Shown: positions 18,584 to 29,258, counted from the first letter of the stretch. The stretch is 64,000 bases of DNA from an uncultured Phycisphaerales bacterium (GCA_963758525.1 CAVWVQ010000001.1:224001-288000), one strand, 5' to 3'. The notes: generated by a model from the sequence alone, not told the origin. A program made the numbers and translations.

Positions 18584-18611
18584 CAATTGCATAACATGGA
18601 TTATCGGACGT
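18584..18611 (-). other. prophage right junction, dif-like site with degenerate XerD arm
   Basis: Minus strand ACGTCCGATAA-TCCATG-TTATGCAATTG. Confidence 0.85.
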
Positions 18612-18700
18612 AGGGGGGCTAAGTCCTTATTTTCCGGGGATCTACGATCTGGCGTGATGGTTATTGCTTCAAACGCCGCCTACATGGCCGGCTTTGGGAG

Positions 18701-19780
18701 TCATTTCCCCGCGACATGAGCCTCGACGATTTGCTGCAGTCGTTCGTCAAACGCGCGGCAGGCGCCCAGAGCGTCAAAGCTGTGGAAGAGCTGGCGAAAC
18801 TCGGCGACCGGGGGTTGCGGGGACTCGCGCAAAACCTCTGTCAGGCGGCTGGACAGCGCGTCGGCGCTGAGCTCGTACAGATAATTGCCCTGAGTCTCGA
18901 AGTCGCCGGGGAGCAGTTCCAGATAGCAGCCGGCGGCGGGGAGCAGCGGCCAGCAGCCGGCGACCATGCCGCGGATGCCGAGGTAGTCGCTGGGGGCGAA
19001 TCGCTTGACGCTGAGGAAGATTCCGGCTTCGAGGAGGCCGATCATCTGGCCGTCTTCGTCGGTCTCGCTGATCGTCCGGCGATCGAACTGCTCGGCGAGG
19101 TGCTCGACCGGGCCGGTGGTGATCAATTTGAATTTTTCGCCGCGGCGGACGAGCCGTTCCAGCGAGTCGTTGAGCAACTCCATGTCGACATCACGCGTCT
19201 CTACGAAAATCGCCCGCGGGTTGCGAACCGGCTTGCGAGCCGGAGAGATCGCGTTGGCCGCGCCCAGGTCGATCGGCTCGAGCATCACCCGGGCCTTGCC
19301 GCGCACGTGCGGCAAGGGATTTCGGCTGGAAAGCTCGGCGTGCCTCGTGACGACCGCGGCGGCACGCTCGATGAAAGTTTCAAGGTGATAGGACGAGTTG
19401 AACCAGATTTCCGTCGCGGCGGCCGCGGTGTTGAGATTGACCAGCTCAAGCGCCCCGCCGTCGGCGCCGGGACGGGGAAGCTCGTTGGAATGGAAATAGA
19501 CGACCGACGGCTTCCTGGCCAGCACGGGCATCATGCGATTCAGATTGGCCAGGTTCAGCGCCTCGCTGGTGAAGAGCAGATCGACGCTGCCGGCCCAGTG
19601 ACGCGTGAGTTGTTCGGCAAACCAGTTGGCGGCGGCCGTGAGCCGGCGCTCGATTCGCCGCGGCGGAAGCTTCAGGAGCGTCCAGCGATGACGGCTGCAG
19701 CGGATGACGGTTTCGAGCATCGCGCGGTGCGCGCCGCCGTAGAACGGTTCCAGCGCCAGAATGTCCAGTTGCCGAGGCAT
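18701..19780 (-). CDS. GT-B glycosyltransferase with DUF3524-like N-terminal domain
   Basis: ILALEPFYGGAH, LLKLPPR..RL, YFHSNEL, LVNLNTAAAATEIWFNSSYH. Confidence 0.75.
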   Translation of the reverse strand: MPRQLDILALEPFYGGAHRAMLETVIRCSRHRWTLLKLPPRRIERRLTAAANWFAEQLTRHWAGSVDLLFTSEALNLANLNRMMPVLARKPSVVYFHSNELPRPGADGGALELVNLNTAAAATEIWFNSSYHLETFIERAAAVVTRHAELSSRNPLPHVRGKARVMLEPIDLGAANAISPARKPVRNPRAIFVETRDVDMELLNDSLERLVRRGEKFKLITTGPVEHLAEQFDRRTISETDEDGQMIGLLEAGIFLSVKRFAPSDYLGIRGMVAGCWPLLPAAGCYLELLPGDFETQGNYLYELSADALSSRLTEVLRESPQPPVAEFRQLFHSFDALGACRAFDERLQQIVEAHVAGK

Positions 19781-19952
19781 CGATCAGTGTTCCCCGTGGG
19801 CGGCCAGTATTTGCATGTGCCATGTGACGCGAATTGAACAAGGCTCCAATTGTGGTGCAGGCTTCCAGCCTGCCTTTCGACGATGGCAGGCCGGAAGCCC
19901 GCACCACCCCGGGGCACATACGATTGCCACGTTTGCACGGCTCGCTCGAATC

Positions 19953-21283
19953 TTAGTCGGTAAGCCGGTCCATGAGAAATCCCCTGATCTGGTCAATGCC
20001 GATCCGCTGCTGGCGCATCGAGTCACGTTCCCGGAGAGTGACTGTCTGATCTTCCGCAGTCTGGCCGTCCACAGTGATGCAAAAGGGCGTGCCGGCCTCG
20101 TCCTGACGGCGGTATCGCCGCCCCACCGCGCCCTTCTCATCGTAGAAAACGGGCCAGTGCTTTTGCAGATCGTGATAGATCGCCATCGCCCGCTCCGGCA
20201 TTCCCTCTTTTTTCACCAGCGGGAAGATCGCCGCTTTCATCGGCGCGAGGCGCGGCTTGAATCGCAGCACGGTTCGCATCTCCCCTTCGACCTGCTCCTC
20301 GGCATAGGCCTCGCACAAAAACGCCAGCGTCGCGCGCGTGGCCCCCGCCGCCGGCTCGATGACATGCGGAACGAATCGCTCCTTGGTTTCGTCGTCGAAG
20401 TAACTGAGGTCCTTGCCGCTGAATTTGATGTGCTGCTGCAGGTCGTAGTCGCCGCGGTGAGCGATGCCCTCCAGTTCGCCCCATCCCCAGGGGAATTTGT
20501 ATTCGATGTCGCTGGTGCCGCTGGAATAAAACGCCAGCTCGTTCTTTTCGTGCTCGCGGAGGCGCAGGTTTTCGCCGGCCAATCCCAATTGCTGATACCA
20601 GGCGAAACGCCGGTCGCGCCACTGGCGATAGGTGTCCTGGCTGTCCTGCGGCTTGCAGAAATATTCGATCTCCATCAACTCGAATTCGCGCGAGCGGAAG
20701 ATGAACTGCTTGGGCGTGATCTCGTTGCGGAAGGCCTTGCCGATCTGCGCGATGCCGAACGGCAGTTTCACGCGCGTCGAATCGCAGACGTTTCTGAAGT
20801 TGACGAACATCCCCTGCGCCGTCTCGGGCGCAGATAGACCGTCGCGGCATTCTCTTCCACCGGGCCGACAAACGTTTTGAACATCAAGTTGAACTTGCGG
20901 GCGTCGGTTAGCTGGCAGTCCGCGAACTGCCCGGGCGGCTTCGAGGGTTTTCGCGGGCAGGCGCTCTCGGCGATCTGATCGGCACGAAACCGCGCCTGGC
21001 AAGTCTTGCAATCCACCAGCGGATCGGTGAACGCCGCTTCGTGCCCGCTGGCCTGCCAGACGGTGCGGTTCATCAGAATAGCTGAGTCGAGGCCGACGAC
21101 ATCGTCGCGGGTGGTGACGTTGTCATGCCACCATGCGTTCTTGACGTTGCGCAGCAATTCGACGCCCAGGGGGCCGTAATCCCAGGTTCCGGTGAGTCCG
21201 CCGTAGATTTCGGAGCCGGGGTAGACAAAGCCGCGGCGTTTGCAAAGGGAGACGAGTTTGTCCAGCGTTCCAGCTTCAGCCAT
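19953..21283 (-). CDS. glyQS: glycine--tRNA ligase, homodimeric type (frameshift ~20830)
   Basis: [50 protein letters not shown]. Confidence 0.95.
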
Positions 21284-21608
21284 GATGAACGACCTCCGAC
21301 CCCGCGACAGCCGCGGTTGCCGCTCCGCAGCGCCTCGCGTGGCAAAATCCCGGGAGGACACCCTTCATTCCTCCCCTGGTGCGCCCGGGGAGGATTGAGG
21401 TCGGGACAGACGGTGCGGATCGCAAGATATGGCTCCGTTAGCCGTTTAGAGCCGGTTTCATTACCCCCTCTCCCGGATTGCCGGCAGAGGGAGTAGGTCG
21501 CTCGAAGTTCTGAAACGTCCTCTTGGCCCGCAGCAGGCCCAAAGGCGTATTTCACGATTTCAGCGCGCTCCGTGCGCGTCGCGGCTAAACAGGGATCTGA
21601 AGCTGCCT

Positions 21609-21938
21609 CTAAGCTTTCGCGGCCGCGGCTTTCGCGGCCTTTTTGCCGGTCGCTTTGGGTGCCACCGGCTTGGCGACGCGTGCCGCGTTGAGACGCAGGG
21701 CGAGCCGGCTGCGCTTGCGGGCGGCGGTGTTCTTATGAATGGTCCCCTTGGCAGCCACCTTGTCGAGTCGGCGCGTCACCTGCCGCAGTTCAGTCTCCGC
21801 CTTGGCAAAATCGCCCGCCGTGAGCGCTGCCGAGAAATTCTTCACCACCATTTTAATCGCTTCCTTGCGGGTGCGATTGCGGATGCGTCCCTTGATGTTC
21901 TGACGGACGCGCTTCTTTGCCGATAACGAATGGGCCAC
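21609..21938 (-). CDS. rpsT: 30S ribosomal protein S20
   Basis: AHSLSAKKRVRQ, KGTIHKNTAARKRSRL. Confidence 0.95.
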   Translation of the reverse strand: MAHSLSAKKRVRQNIKGRIRNRTRKEAIKMVVKNFSAALTAGDFAKAETELRQVTRRLDKVAAKGTIHKNTAARKRSRLALRLNAARVAKPVAPKATGKKAAKAAAAKA

Positions 21939-22034
21939 GGTTGCAGTCTCCTTCGATTTCCTCTAATTCCACCACGCTCGCAGCGCGGGCTCTCAAGCAT
22001 AAGGCGGAGGGGGGATTTGTCCAGTGAGGCGTCG

Positions 22035-22256
22035 GGGTTTCAGGGGGTCGAGAGGGTTCAGGGTGTCAGGGTTCAGGGTGTCAGGGTTCAGGAGTGTCAC
22101 GTATTTCCTGCATCGTGAGGTCGAGAACGTTCAGAGTTTCCGGTGCATTGAGTCCAGGGAGAGCACCCGTCTTTCCTGAACCCTGACACCCTGACACCCT
22201 GAACCCTGACACCCTGAACCCTGACACCCTGAACCCTCTCGATGCCCTGAACCCTC
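22035..22256. repeat. inverted pair of short tandem repeat tracts (CAGGGTT/CAGGGTGT units)
   Basis: Tract at ~22035-22090 and its reverse complement at ~22176-22256. Confidence 0.85.
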
Positions 22257-22283
22257 CCGGCATTCTGCAAGCCATCGGCAACC

Positions 22284-23699
22284 CTACGTCGCCGCAGCGG
22301 CTCGAAGCCGCTTGATGCGCGTCTGCACGTCCCGGTAATTGAAATCCCACTGCGCGATCTGACTGTAGGCTTTGATTGCCGTGGGAATTTCCTTCTGCTG
22401 TTCGAGCGCGCGGGCATACCAGTAATACATCTCGCGCGAGCGCTCGTCTCCCTTGGTCGGGTACTCGTCGATGATGGCCTTGAGCGTCTCGGACGCCTCG
22501 TCGACGAAGCCTGCTTCGAGGAACGCTTCGCCGAGCATCATCGAGGCGTTGATCTTGAACTTCGGATCGGACCGCACGCCCTGGAAAACCGGAATCGCTT
22601 CCTGGAATTGCTTGAGGGCAAACAGCCTGCGCCCGACCTGATAGCGCGCTGATGCATCGGTCGGGTAAGCCTCGGCCAACAGCCGATACTCTTCCAACTC
22701 CATCCTGGTCTTTTCCAGCACAAACTCGCGAAGGGTCTGCTGCACTTCGACGTCAGTCGGATCGGCGGCCAATTGCTCCCGCAGGCTGCGCTCCATGCGG
22801 GCCATCTGCGCCATGCGGATCTCGCCCACCTTCTGGCGATAGCGATACTGCTTGGTTTCCTCGAAGAATCCTTCGAGAATCTCGACCGCCCTTTCCTCGT
22901 ATTCGGCCTTCTCCGTGCGGCGCAGGGCATCGATGTATTTCGTGAGCTTCCCCGCGTCCTGCGGATCGCCGCGCCATTCCAATTCGGCGTCGTTGACCGC
23001 GCGAACCAGATGATCGACGCTCTGAACGTCCCGGTCGTTCTCCAGCAATTTATTCTGAAGACTCGCGTCCTTCATGCTCTCGCGGAAGCTCTTGGCTTCG
23101 CCGTAGCCGCCCTTGCTCATGGTGTGCTGCGCGCCGAGATTTTTCATCTCCGTCTGCAGGGCCATGTCGTTGGGCCGCATCTTCATGGCGTATTGGCAGG
23201 CGTCGGTCGCCAGCTTCCATTCGCCAAGCTGCTTGTAGATGTCCTTGAGGGTGATGAACTTGGCGACGTCGGGGCTCTTTGAGTCGGCGTTGGATTTCTG
23301 CAGGATCGGGCCGACCCACATCACCGTGTCGAAGTAGCCGGCGCGATGGGCATTTTGCAGGATCTGCAGCAGATAGTCGGTGTTGCCGGGGTCATACGAG
23401 ACAAGCATCTCGAAGTTGAGCATGTTCTGCTTGTCATCTTTGCTGACCTTCTGCAGCTTCATCCGATCCAGCATTCCCAGTGACTTGCCGCCGCTGGCCT
23501 TGCGCCGCATGGCAATCTCGCGCAGAGCTCGATGGGCCTCGATCTCTTCGGGGTCGAGCTTCAGCCCGGAAATATACATTTCGATCGCGTATTCGTAATT
23601 GCCGGTATCAGCGACGGTCTTTCCGCGATCGAAGAACGCCTTTGCCTTGCGGCGGTCCTCCTCGGGAATATTCGCATAGCCTTCGGGAAGTTGCGGCAC
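22284..23699 (-). CDS. tetratricopeptide repeat protein
   Basis: Multiple TPR motifs; C-terminal DFNYRDV. Confidence 0.85.
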   Translation of the reverse strand: MPQLPEGYANIPEEDRRKAKAFFDRGKTVADTGNYEYAIEMYISGLKLDPEEIEAHRALREIAMRRKASGGKSLGMLDRMKLQKVSKDDKQNMLNFEMLVSYDPGNTDYLLQILQNAHRAGYFDTVMWVGPILQKSNADSKSPDVAKFITLKDIYKQLGEWKLATDACQYAMKMRPNDMALQTEMKNLGAQHTMSKGGYGEAKSFRESMKDASLQNKLLENDRDVQSVDHLVRAVNDAELEWRGDPQDAGKLTKYIDALRRTEKAEYEERAVEILEGFFEETKQYRYRQKVGEIRMAQMARMERSLREQLAADPTDVEVQQTLREFVLEKTRMELEEYRLLAEAYPTDASARYQVGRRLFALKQFQEAIPVFQGVRSDPKFKINASMMLGEAFLEAGFVDEASETLKAIIDEYPTKGDERSREMYYWYARALEQQKEIPTAIKAYSQIAQWDFNYRDVQTRIKRLRAAAAT

Positions 23700-23870
23700 G
23701 GTACAATCCAGAAAAAGTTAACGGACTCAATGGCAGGCGTCCGGCGATACCAAACTCGGGAAGCGCAGTTTGCTCGCACGAATGTACGCGCTTTGCACAA
23801 ACCCTGTCAACAATTTGATCTGTCCATTAAACTCGCGTGCTAAATGGTAGGCCTCGACTCCCCCACCGTC

Positions 23871-24428
23871 ATGCCCGAACCGCTCCGGATCATCTTCTGG
23901 CCCGATCCCCGTCTGAAGCGCATCAGCCAGCCAGTGGAGGCCTTCGACCAGGAGCTGCGCGAGCTGACCGCGCGCATGTTTGAACTGATGCGCGAGAACA
24001 AAGGCGTCGGCCTCGCCGCGCCCCAGGTCGGGGTGAATCTCCGGCTTTTCGTCATGAACGCCACCGGCGACCCAGCCGACGATCGCGTGTATGCGAATCC
24101 CACCCTTTCCGACGCGGACGGTGAAGAGGAAGACGAAGAGGGCTGCCTCAGCCTCCCTGAAATCCGAATCCAGGTGCTGCGCAACAGGACCATGCGCATG
24201 GCGGCATTCGATCTGGAAGGCAAGCCGCTTGAGCAGACCGCGAGCGGATTTGTTGCCCGCGTCTGGCAGCACGAGTTCGACCATCTCAACGGCATCATGC
24301 TCGTCGATCGCATGGGCCCGGTGGCGCGGATGGCCAACCGCCGGCTCCTGAAGGATCTTGAAGACAAGTATGAACTGGAGCATCCCCGGCCGGCCCGCCC
24401 GGCTCCAAAGCGAAAGCCGCGCAAGTAA
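23871..24428 (+). CDS. def: peptide deformylase
   Basis: GVGLAAPQVG, EGCLS, QHEFDHLNG. Confidence 0.97.
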   Translation: MPEPLRIIFWPDPRLKRISQPVEAFDQELRELTARMFELMRENKGVGLAAPQVGVNLRLFVMNATGDPADDRVYANPTLSDADGEEEDEEGCLSLPEIRIQVLRNRTMRMAAFDLEGKPLEQTASGFVARVWQHEFDHLNGIMLVDRMGPVARMANRRLLKDLEDKYELEHPRPARPAPKRKPRK

Positions 24429-24434
24429 TCTGAC

Positions 24435-25373
24435 ATGGGCTCACTTCGCGTCATTTTTGCGGGAAGCGGCGAGTTCGGACTCCCCTCGCTGGCTGCGCTG
24501 ATCGAGTCGGAACACAAGCTGGTGCAGGTGATCACGCAACCCGACCGCCCCGCCGGTCGAGGACGTGCGCTCTTGCCGACTCCGATCGGGGCTGCTGCCA
24601 CCGCGGCGCACCTGCCGGTGCTGAAGACTGCCGACATCAATCGTGAAAGCCTGCCGCAAGCGGATCTCATGCTGGTCATCGCGTTCGGTCAGAAAATCGC
24701 GCCGGCGCAGGTCGATCACGCCCGGCTGGGGAGCATCAATCTTCACGCATCGCTCCTGCCCAAATATCGCGGCGCGGCCCCGATCAACTGGGCGATCATC
24801 CGGGGGGAAACGGTTGCCGGCAATTCAATCATCCGCTTGGCCGAGCGAATGGATGCCGGCGCGATCCTCGCGCAATCGTCGCTGGGCATCGGGCCAGTCG
24901 AAACCGCCGGCGAGTTGCACGATCGCCTGGCGGTCGATGGTGCTCTGCTGGTGCTCCGAACGCTTGCGGCATTATCTGACGGAAAGAGCAACGAGGTGGC
25001 GCAGGACGAATCGGCAAGGACGCTTGCGCCAAAGCTCTCGCGGGAAGCGGCGGCTCTCGATTTTAATCACCCCGCCGACGAGATAGCGCGCCGGATTCGC
25101 GGCCTCTACCCCTGGCCCGGCTGCCGGGTCGCTTTGCGGGACGGAGCCAACACGCAGATCGCCCGTCTGAGATTGGTCCGTGCCCGCCCCGCCGTCGATG
25201 ATGAAGGCGAGCGCTGGCAACCGGGCGAAGTGATGATGTCGGCAATGATCAGAACGCCGCAGGGCGCATTGGAAATTCTCGAAGTTCAACCCGAGGGCCG
25301 CACTCCGATGTCGCTTGCCGATTATCGTCGTGGACACCGCTGGGAGCCGGGAATGAATCTAACGCCGGTATAG
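24435..25373 (+). CDS. fmt: methionyl-tRNA formyltransferase
   Basis: TQPDRPAGRG, INLHASLLPKYRGAAPI, MDAG; follows def. Confidence 0.96.
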   Translation: MGSLRVIFAGSGEFGLPSLAALIESEHKLVQVITQPDRPAGRGRALLPTPIGAAATAAHLPVLKTADINRESLPQADLMLVIAFGQKIAPAQVDHARLGSINLHASLLPKYRGAAPINWAIIRGETVAGNSIIRLAERMDAGAILAQSSLGIGPVETAGELHDRLAVDGALLVLRTLAALSDGKSNEVAQDESARTLAPKLSREAAALDFNHPADEIARRIRGLYPWPGCRVALRDGANTQIARLRLVRARPAVDDEGERWQPGEVMMSAMIRTPQGALEILEVQPEGRTPMSLADYRRGHRWEPGMNLTPV

Positions 25374-25554
25374 GGGTGCCCGTGCCAGCGCAGCGCACGC
25401 CGTACCGCGTCGGAACGCGAAACGCCAGGCAGAAAATCATCAGGCCGCAGGAGAGAGTAAAGGGGACGTGGCAGAAGACAACCGGACGTAGCAGAAGACA
25501 ATCGAACGCGCAGGGAACGCGGCGATGGGTGTGACACTTTCGGGCGGACTCTCT

Positions 25555-25752
25555 TTTCCCCTCCCCTGGTATTCCGGGGGAGCGTTAGGGTGGGGGCTCG
25601 ATGGGAACGGCGTGGAGAGGCGATCGAGCGCTTGGGGACACCACCGCCCCCACCCCGAGTACCAGGGGAGGGGGAAAGGCCAGGCCCGCGGAAAGCATCG
25701 CGCACCCCGCGGAAAGTGTCGCGCACCCTGCGGAAAGCGTCGCGCACCCCGC
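25555..25752. repeat. GC-rich palindromic repeat pair plus 21-bp tandem repeat
   Basis: CCCCTCCCCTGGTA..GGG / TACCAGGGGAGGGG pair; GCGGAAAG(C/T)(A/G)TCGCGCACCC x3. Confidence 0.7.
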
Positions 25753-25788
25753 CGCGATCTTCGGTCGACGGCTGACTGATCAAAGGTA

Positions 25789-26634
25789 TCACGGCGTCGT
25801 CAGCCCGTAGGCTTCCACGGCGGTTTCGCCGAGAATCCTCTGCTGCTCGTCGGACGTCAACGTCGCGATGAAATCGCGCACCACGGCCTGCCAGCGGCCA
25901 TAGTCGCAGGCAAGCAGACACACCGGCCAGTCAGATCCCATCATCAATCGCTTGGGGCCGAACGCCTGCAACGCCACGTCAAGATAGGGGCGAAGCTGGG
26001 CTGGGGTCCAGTTGTGATGATCCGCCTCGGTGACCATGCCGGAGATTTTGCAGTAGACGTTGGGACGGCGGGCGAGGTCGATCAGCCTTTCGCGCCAGGG
26101 CGAAATTTCTCCTTGGGCAATTCTCGGCTTGGCGACATGATCGAGCACGAAAATCTGCCGGGGATGGCGATCGACCAGTTCGATGGCGGCTTGAAGCTGC
26201 CGCTCGTAGATCAGGATGTCGTAGCGCAGTCCGAACTGGCGGAGCAGGCCAATGCCGCGATTGAAGTCGTCGCGCGCGAGATATTCGTTGGGCTCGTCCT
26301 GCAGCACGTGCCGAACCGCGATGAGTTTTTTGCGATCGACCAGCCGGTCGAGCTCGGCGGCAATTCGATCCGAAATCAACGGCACCCAGCCGACGACGCC
26401 GCGAATGAAGCTCGCGTTTTCTTCCTGCTCCGCCAAGTCGAGCAGCCAGTCGGTTTCCGCCACGGTCTGGCGAGCCTGGACCGAAATCACGCCGTCAACT
26501 CCCGCGGCGTTGGCCGCCTCGCGCAGGTCCGGGGGAAGAAAATCCCGCCGAAGAACGCTCATCGCGTCGTTGATCCAACCGTATTCGAGGGCGGTGTATT
26601 TCCAAAAGTGATGATGGGAGTCGATTGTGGTCAT
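25789..26634 (-). CDS. amidohydrolase_2 family (L-fucono-lactonase-like)
   Basis: IDSHHHFW, VLDHVAKP, CKISG, GSDWPV. Confidence 0.88.
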   Translation of the reverse strand: MTTIDSHHHFWKYTALEYGWINDAMSVLRRDFLPPDLREAANAAGVDGVISVQARQTVAETDWLLDLAEQEENASFIRGVVGWVPLISDRIAAELDRLVDRKKLIAVRHVLQDEPNEYLARDDFNRGIGLLRQFGLRYDILIYERQLQAAIELVDRHPRQIFVLDHVAKPRIAQGEISPWRERLIDLARRPNVYCKISGMVTEADHHNWTPAQLRPYLDVALQAFGPKRLMMGSDWPVCLLACDYGRWQAVVRDFIATLTSDEQQRILGETAVEAYGLTTP

Positions 26635-26724
26635 GGCTGCGTTGAGAATCGGCTCACAATGCGAAAAACGCAAGGCGCGGGAAGCGTTTGCGGCTTCGAT
26701 GTCACTTGCGAGGTTCGGCGACGA

Positions 26725-27228
26725 TCACGCCGGCAGCTTCCTGTTATTCGACGTTGCCGGCGGCACGGGCGTCGGCGGGAGATGCAGCTCGATTCGGCCC
26801 ATCACTAGGCGGGCGGTCGGCTCGGACCCGAACAGCCCGACGTTCACACGGCAGCGGCACAGCGTCGGCGTCCGTCGCTCAAGATTCACTTCGATCCTTG
26901 ATTTCCAATCGTCTTCGAGCTGGAACAACCAGACGTCGCCGCGCTTGCTTTGGCTGCAGTCGTGAACAATCTTGAGGTGCAGGTCGGCCGCGGCGCGGCG
27001 GACGGCGTCTTCGACCTGGCTGGAGTCGGCCATGAAGGCGGTGTCGAGCTTGCCGGCGGCGTATACCGCCGGGCCGGTGGAAACGGCCGCGCCGGCGATG
27101 TCGAAGACGGCCCCGAGCGTCGCCACCGGGATCAGCGCACATCCGCCGCAGAACGGCGCAATCGCGACGGCGAGGGTGATCAGCCGCGCGAGTCGAAAAA
27201 CCGCCTGAGGCCTGCTTGCGAGAACCAT
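26725..27228 (-). CDS. DUF3568-like lipoprotein
   Basis: Lipobox-like GGC, YAAGKL, VNVGLFGSE. Confidence 0.6.
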   Translation of the reverse strand: MVLASRPQAVFRLARLITLAVAIAPFCGGCALIPVATLGAVFDIAGAAVSTGPAVYAAGKLDTAFMADSSQVEDAVRRAAADLHLKIVHDCSQSKRGDVWLFQLEDDWKSRIEVNLERRTPTLCRCRVNVGLFGSEPTARLVMGRIELHLPPTPVPPATSNNRKLPA

Positions 27229-27321
27229 GAGTTACGGAATGTACGGGCAGCTGCGTCGTTTGGCATCGTACAAATACGCCGATTGGGTGTGACGCTCAAT
27301 TGCGGCGATTGGCCGCTCTTG

Positions 27322-27440
27322 CCCCCTCTCCTGGTACGCCGGGAGAGGGTCGGGTTGAGGGTGATTTTGGTTCGTCGGACGCCGTCGGTGCTCGAAATCA
27401 CCCTCACCCTATCCCTCTCCCGGCGTACCGGGAGAGGGGA
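27322..27440. repeat. palindromic repeat doublet
   Basis: CCCTCTCCTGGTACGCCGGGAGAGGG ... CCCTCTCCCGGCGTACCGGGAGAGGG in inverted arrangement. Confidence 0.8.
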
Positions 27441-27515
27441 CCGGAGGGCGTTCGCCGCAAACAAGATGCATGAAGGATTGCACGGGTCACGTCTGTTACA
27501 CCGTGCCGATGGCGG

Positions 27516-28336
27516 CTATCGGGAGAGGTGCAGCGACTGCGGCAGTTCCAGCCGGCCGGCATGGACCGCGAACCAGATGCTCCCCGCGATCGCGAGCCCG
27601 ATGAAACCGACGACCGCGGCACCCAGCAATGCGCGCCGGCGGGGAGTGCGGGCGATCGAATCGGGAGCATCTTCCGGTTGAACGAGATCGCGCGATTCGA
27701 GAAAGGCCGCGAGCCTGCTGCCGAGGTCGCGCAGCGTGGTCTTCTGCTGCCTGGCGGTGGAAAAGATCCTGCCGAGGGGAGTGTCAGATTCCCCGCGCAT
27801 CTGCATGACATAACAGAGCAGGGCCATGACCGATTCGGCGTCAACCGCAGGTTCGCAATAGAGCAACGGGCTCACGTGCGTCAGCCGAATGCCCGCGCCG
27901 GGACGGACGATGATATTGCCGGCCACCAGCGCGCCGTGAATGATCCCCTGCAAATGGAGCGAGGCGGTCGCCAGGGCCAACTCGCGCACGGCAAACGCGA
28001 TCTCGCGGGCGCGCGGCCCGGCGCGGCAGCGTACTGGTCGAACGGAATGCCATCGACGAATTCCCAGATCAGATAGGCCGCCGGCCCATCGCGTCCGACG
28101 CCGTGCAGATTGGCGACGCCGCCGTGCGGAAGCTCGCGCACCCGGCAGAGTCTTTCGCGGATGCTCGGATGGAGCAGCCCGTGCAGCAGGCATTCTTCGT
28201 CGAGCTTCTTCAGGACGATCCCGCGCCCGCCGGGACCGATGGCGAGGTATGTCCTACCCGCCGCGAGGGTCGCGGCGACGCTGTAGCCGCACAGGTCGGT
28301 CGGCGCGTCCGCTGGGCTCTGGGCCGGAATTTCCAC
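27516..28336 (-). CDS. Ser/Thr kinase-like protein with degenerate catalytic motifs and C-terminal TM (frameshift ~28020)
   Basis: VLKKL, H..VANLHGV, YLIWEFVDG, LHLQGIIHGALVAGNII. Confidence 0.6.
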
Positions 28337-28466
28337 GCAACTCCCCGATCACGCGATGGTGATTCTTCGATTCAGAGAGATGTCCTGAACAAAACCACCC
28401 TTCGACGCGGCGGATGATCCATCGACAGCGGGCATGGGATTGCTCCTTTCAACAGGTGCGACGAGT

Positions 28467-29258
28467 CTAGCTCCTTCGCGAAGAGACGCTCGTTCCGACA
28501 TCGGGAGCGATGGATTCATACTCCGGGCGAGCAATACACTGATCTTTCTCGACACTCGTAACTTTCATTGGGACTGGCTGATTCTTCAGGGAGAGCCAAA
28601 GCCGCATCCCGACAAACACCCGGTTGTCCGTTCCCAAATCGATGGTCATTTCATGATCGGCGATGAACTGGCCGGCTTTGTTCGCTGCCGCCTTTTCCGC
28701 GGCGGAAATCTCTTTGACGCTTGTGACGTGCCCGGTGACCGGTGCGGGAAGCAGCATGCCAGCCCACTGGGCTGGAATCGCGGGCAAGCCTGAAACCGGC
28801 TTCTTCCAGTCATTGAGACGGAGCAGGGCGGTGGGATTCCAGTCATCAGTTCGCGGCTCAATTCCGCCGTTTACGTCATTGCAGAAGTCCACCATGTTTT
28901 CCTGATAAACCAGGTACGCCCTCTTGCCCCACTCGATCGGGATGAGCTTTGAATACGCCTTCTGGATGTCCACTCCGAGCTGCACCTGTCCATCGACCAC
29001 CCGCGCGGATCCGTCGGTGCGATCGGCGCCGGTGCACGTGCTGCACTCCAGCGAAAAGGTGTTGTCCGAATGAAGCTTCAGCAGGAGACCGCTGCCGCGA
29101 ATTCCGCCCTCTCCGGTGGTGAATGAGGCGTTCGGCAGAGTAATGTCCGGCTGGCGTCCGTTGGATGCCACTGCGCGATGCGAGCTTGCGGGAAGAGACG
29201 AGAGTGCAACGAGAAGTGCGAAACCGAACCTAACCCGTCGAAGCGGATCGAAACGCAT
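28467..29258 (-). CDS. exported hypothetical protein
   Basis: Signal peptide, 263-aa ORF, IDLGTDNRVFVGM C-terminal beta motif. Confidence 0.6.
   Translation of the reverse strand: MRFDPLRRVRFGFALLVALSSLPASSHRAVASNGRQPDITLPNASFTTGEGGIRGSGLLLKLHSDNTFSLECSTCTGADRTDGSARVVDGQVQLGVDIQKAYSKLIPIEWGKRAYLVYQENMVDFCNDVNGGIEPRTDDWNPTALLRLNDWKKPVSGLPAIPAQWAGMLLPAPVTGHVTSVKEISAAEKAAANKAGQFIADHEMTIDLGTDNRVFVGMRLWLSLKNQPVPMKVTSVEKDQCIARPEYESIAPDVGTSVSSRRS

Larger units (their letters stand above)
6861..18611 (-). mobile_element. filamentous (inovirus-like) prophage integrated at dif, ~11.7 kb
   Basis: 22-bp direct repeat CATAACATGGATTATCGGACGT at 6861-6882 and 18590-18611; Rep_trans, SSB, coat, Zot ATPase and secretin genes; strong C/A skew on the + strand; no integrase. 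Confidence 0.93.

Noticed and set aside
20768..21011. Programmed frameshifting in glyQS, nusG or ychF
   Set aside because: No slippery heptamers; the indels sit in short homopolymers and are widespread, so sequencing error is more parsimonious
25687..25752. 21-bp repeat x3 as a CRISPR array
   Set aside because: Head-to-tail tandem with no spacers and no cas genes
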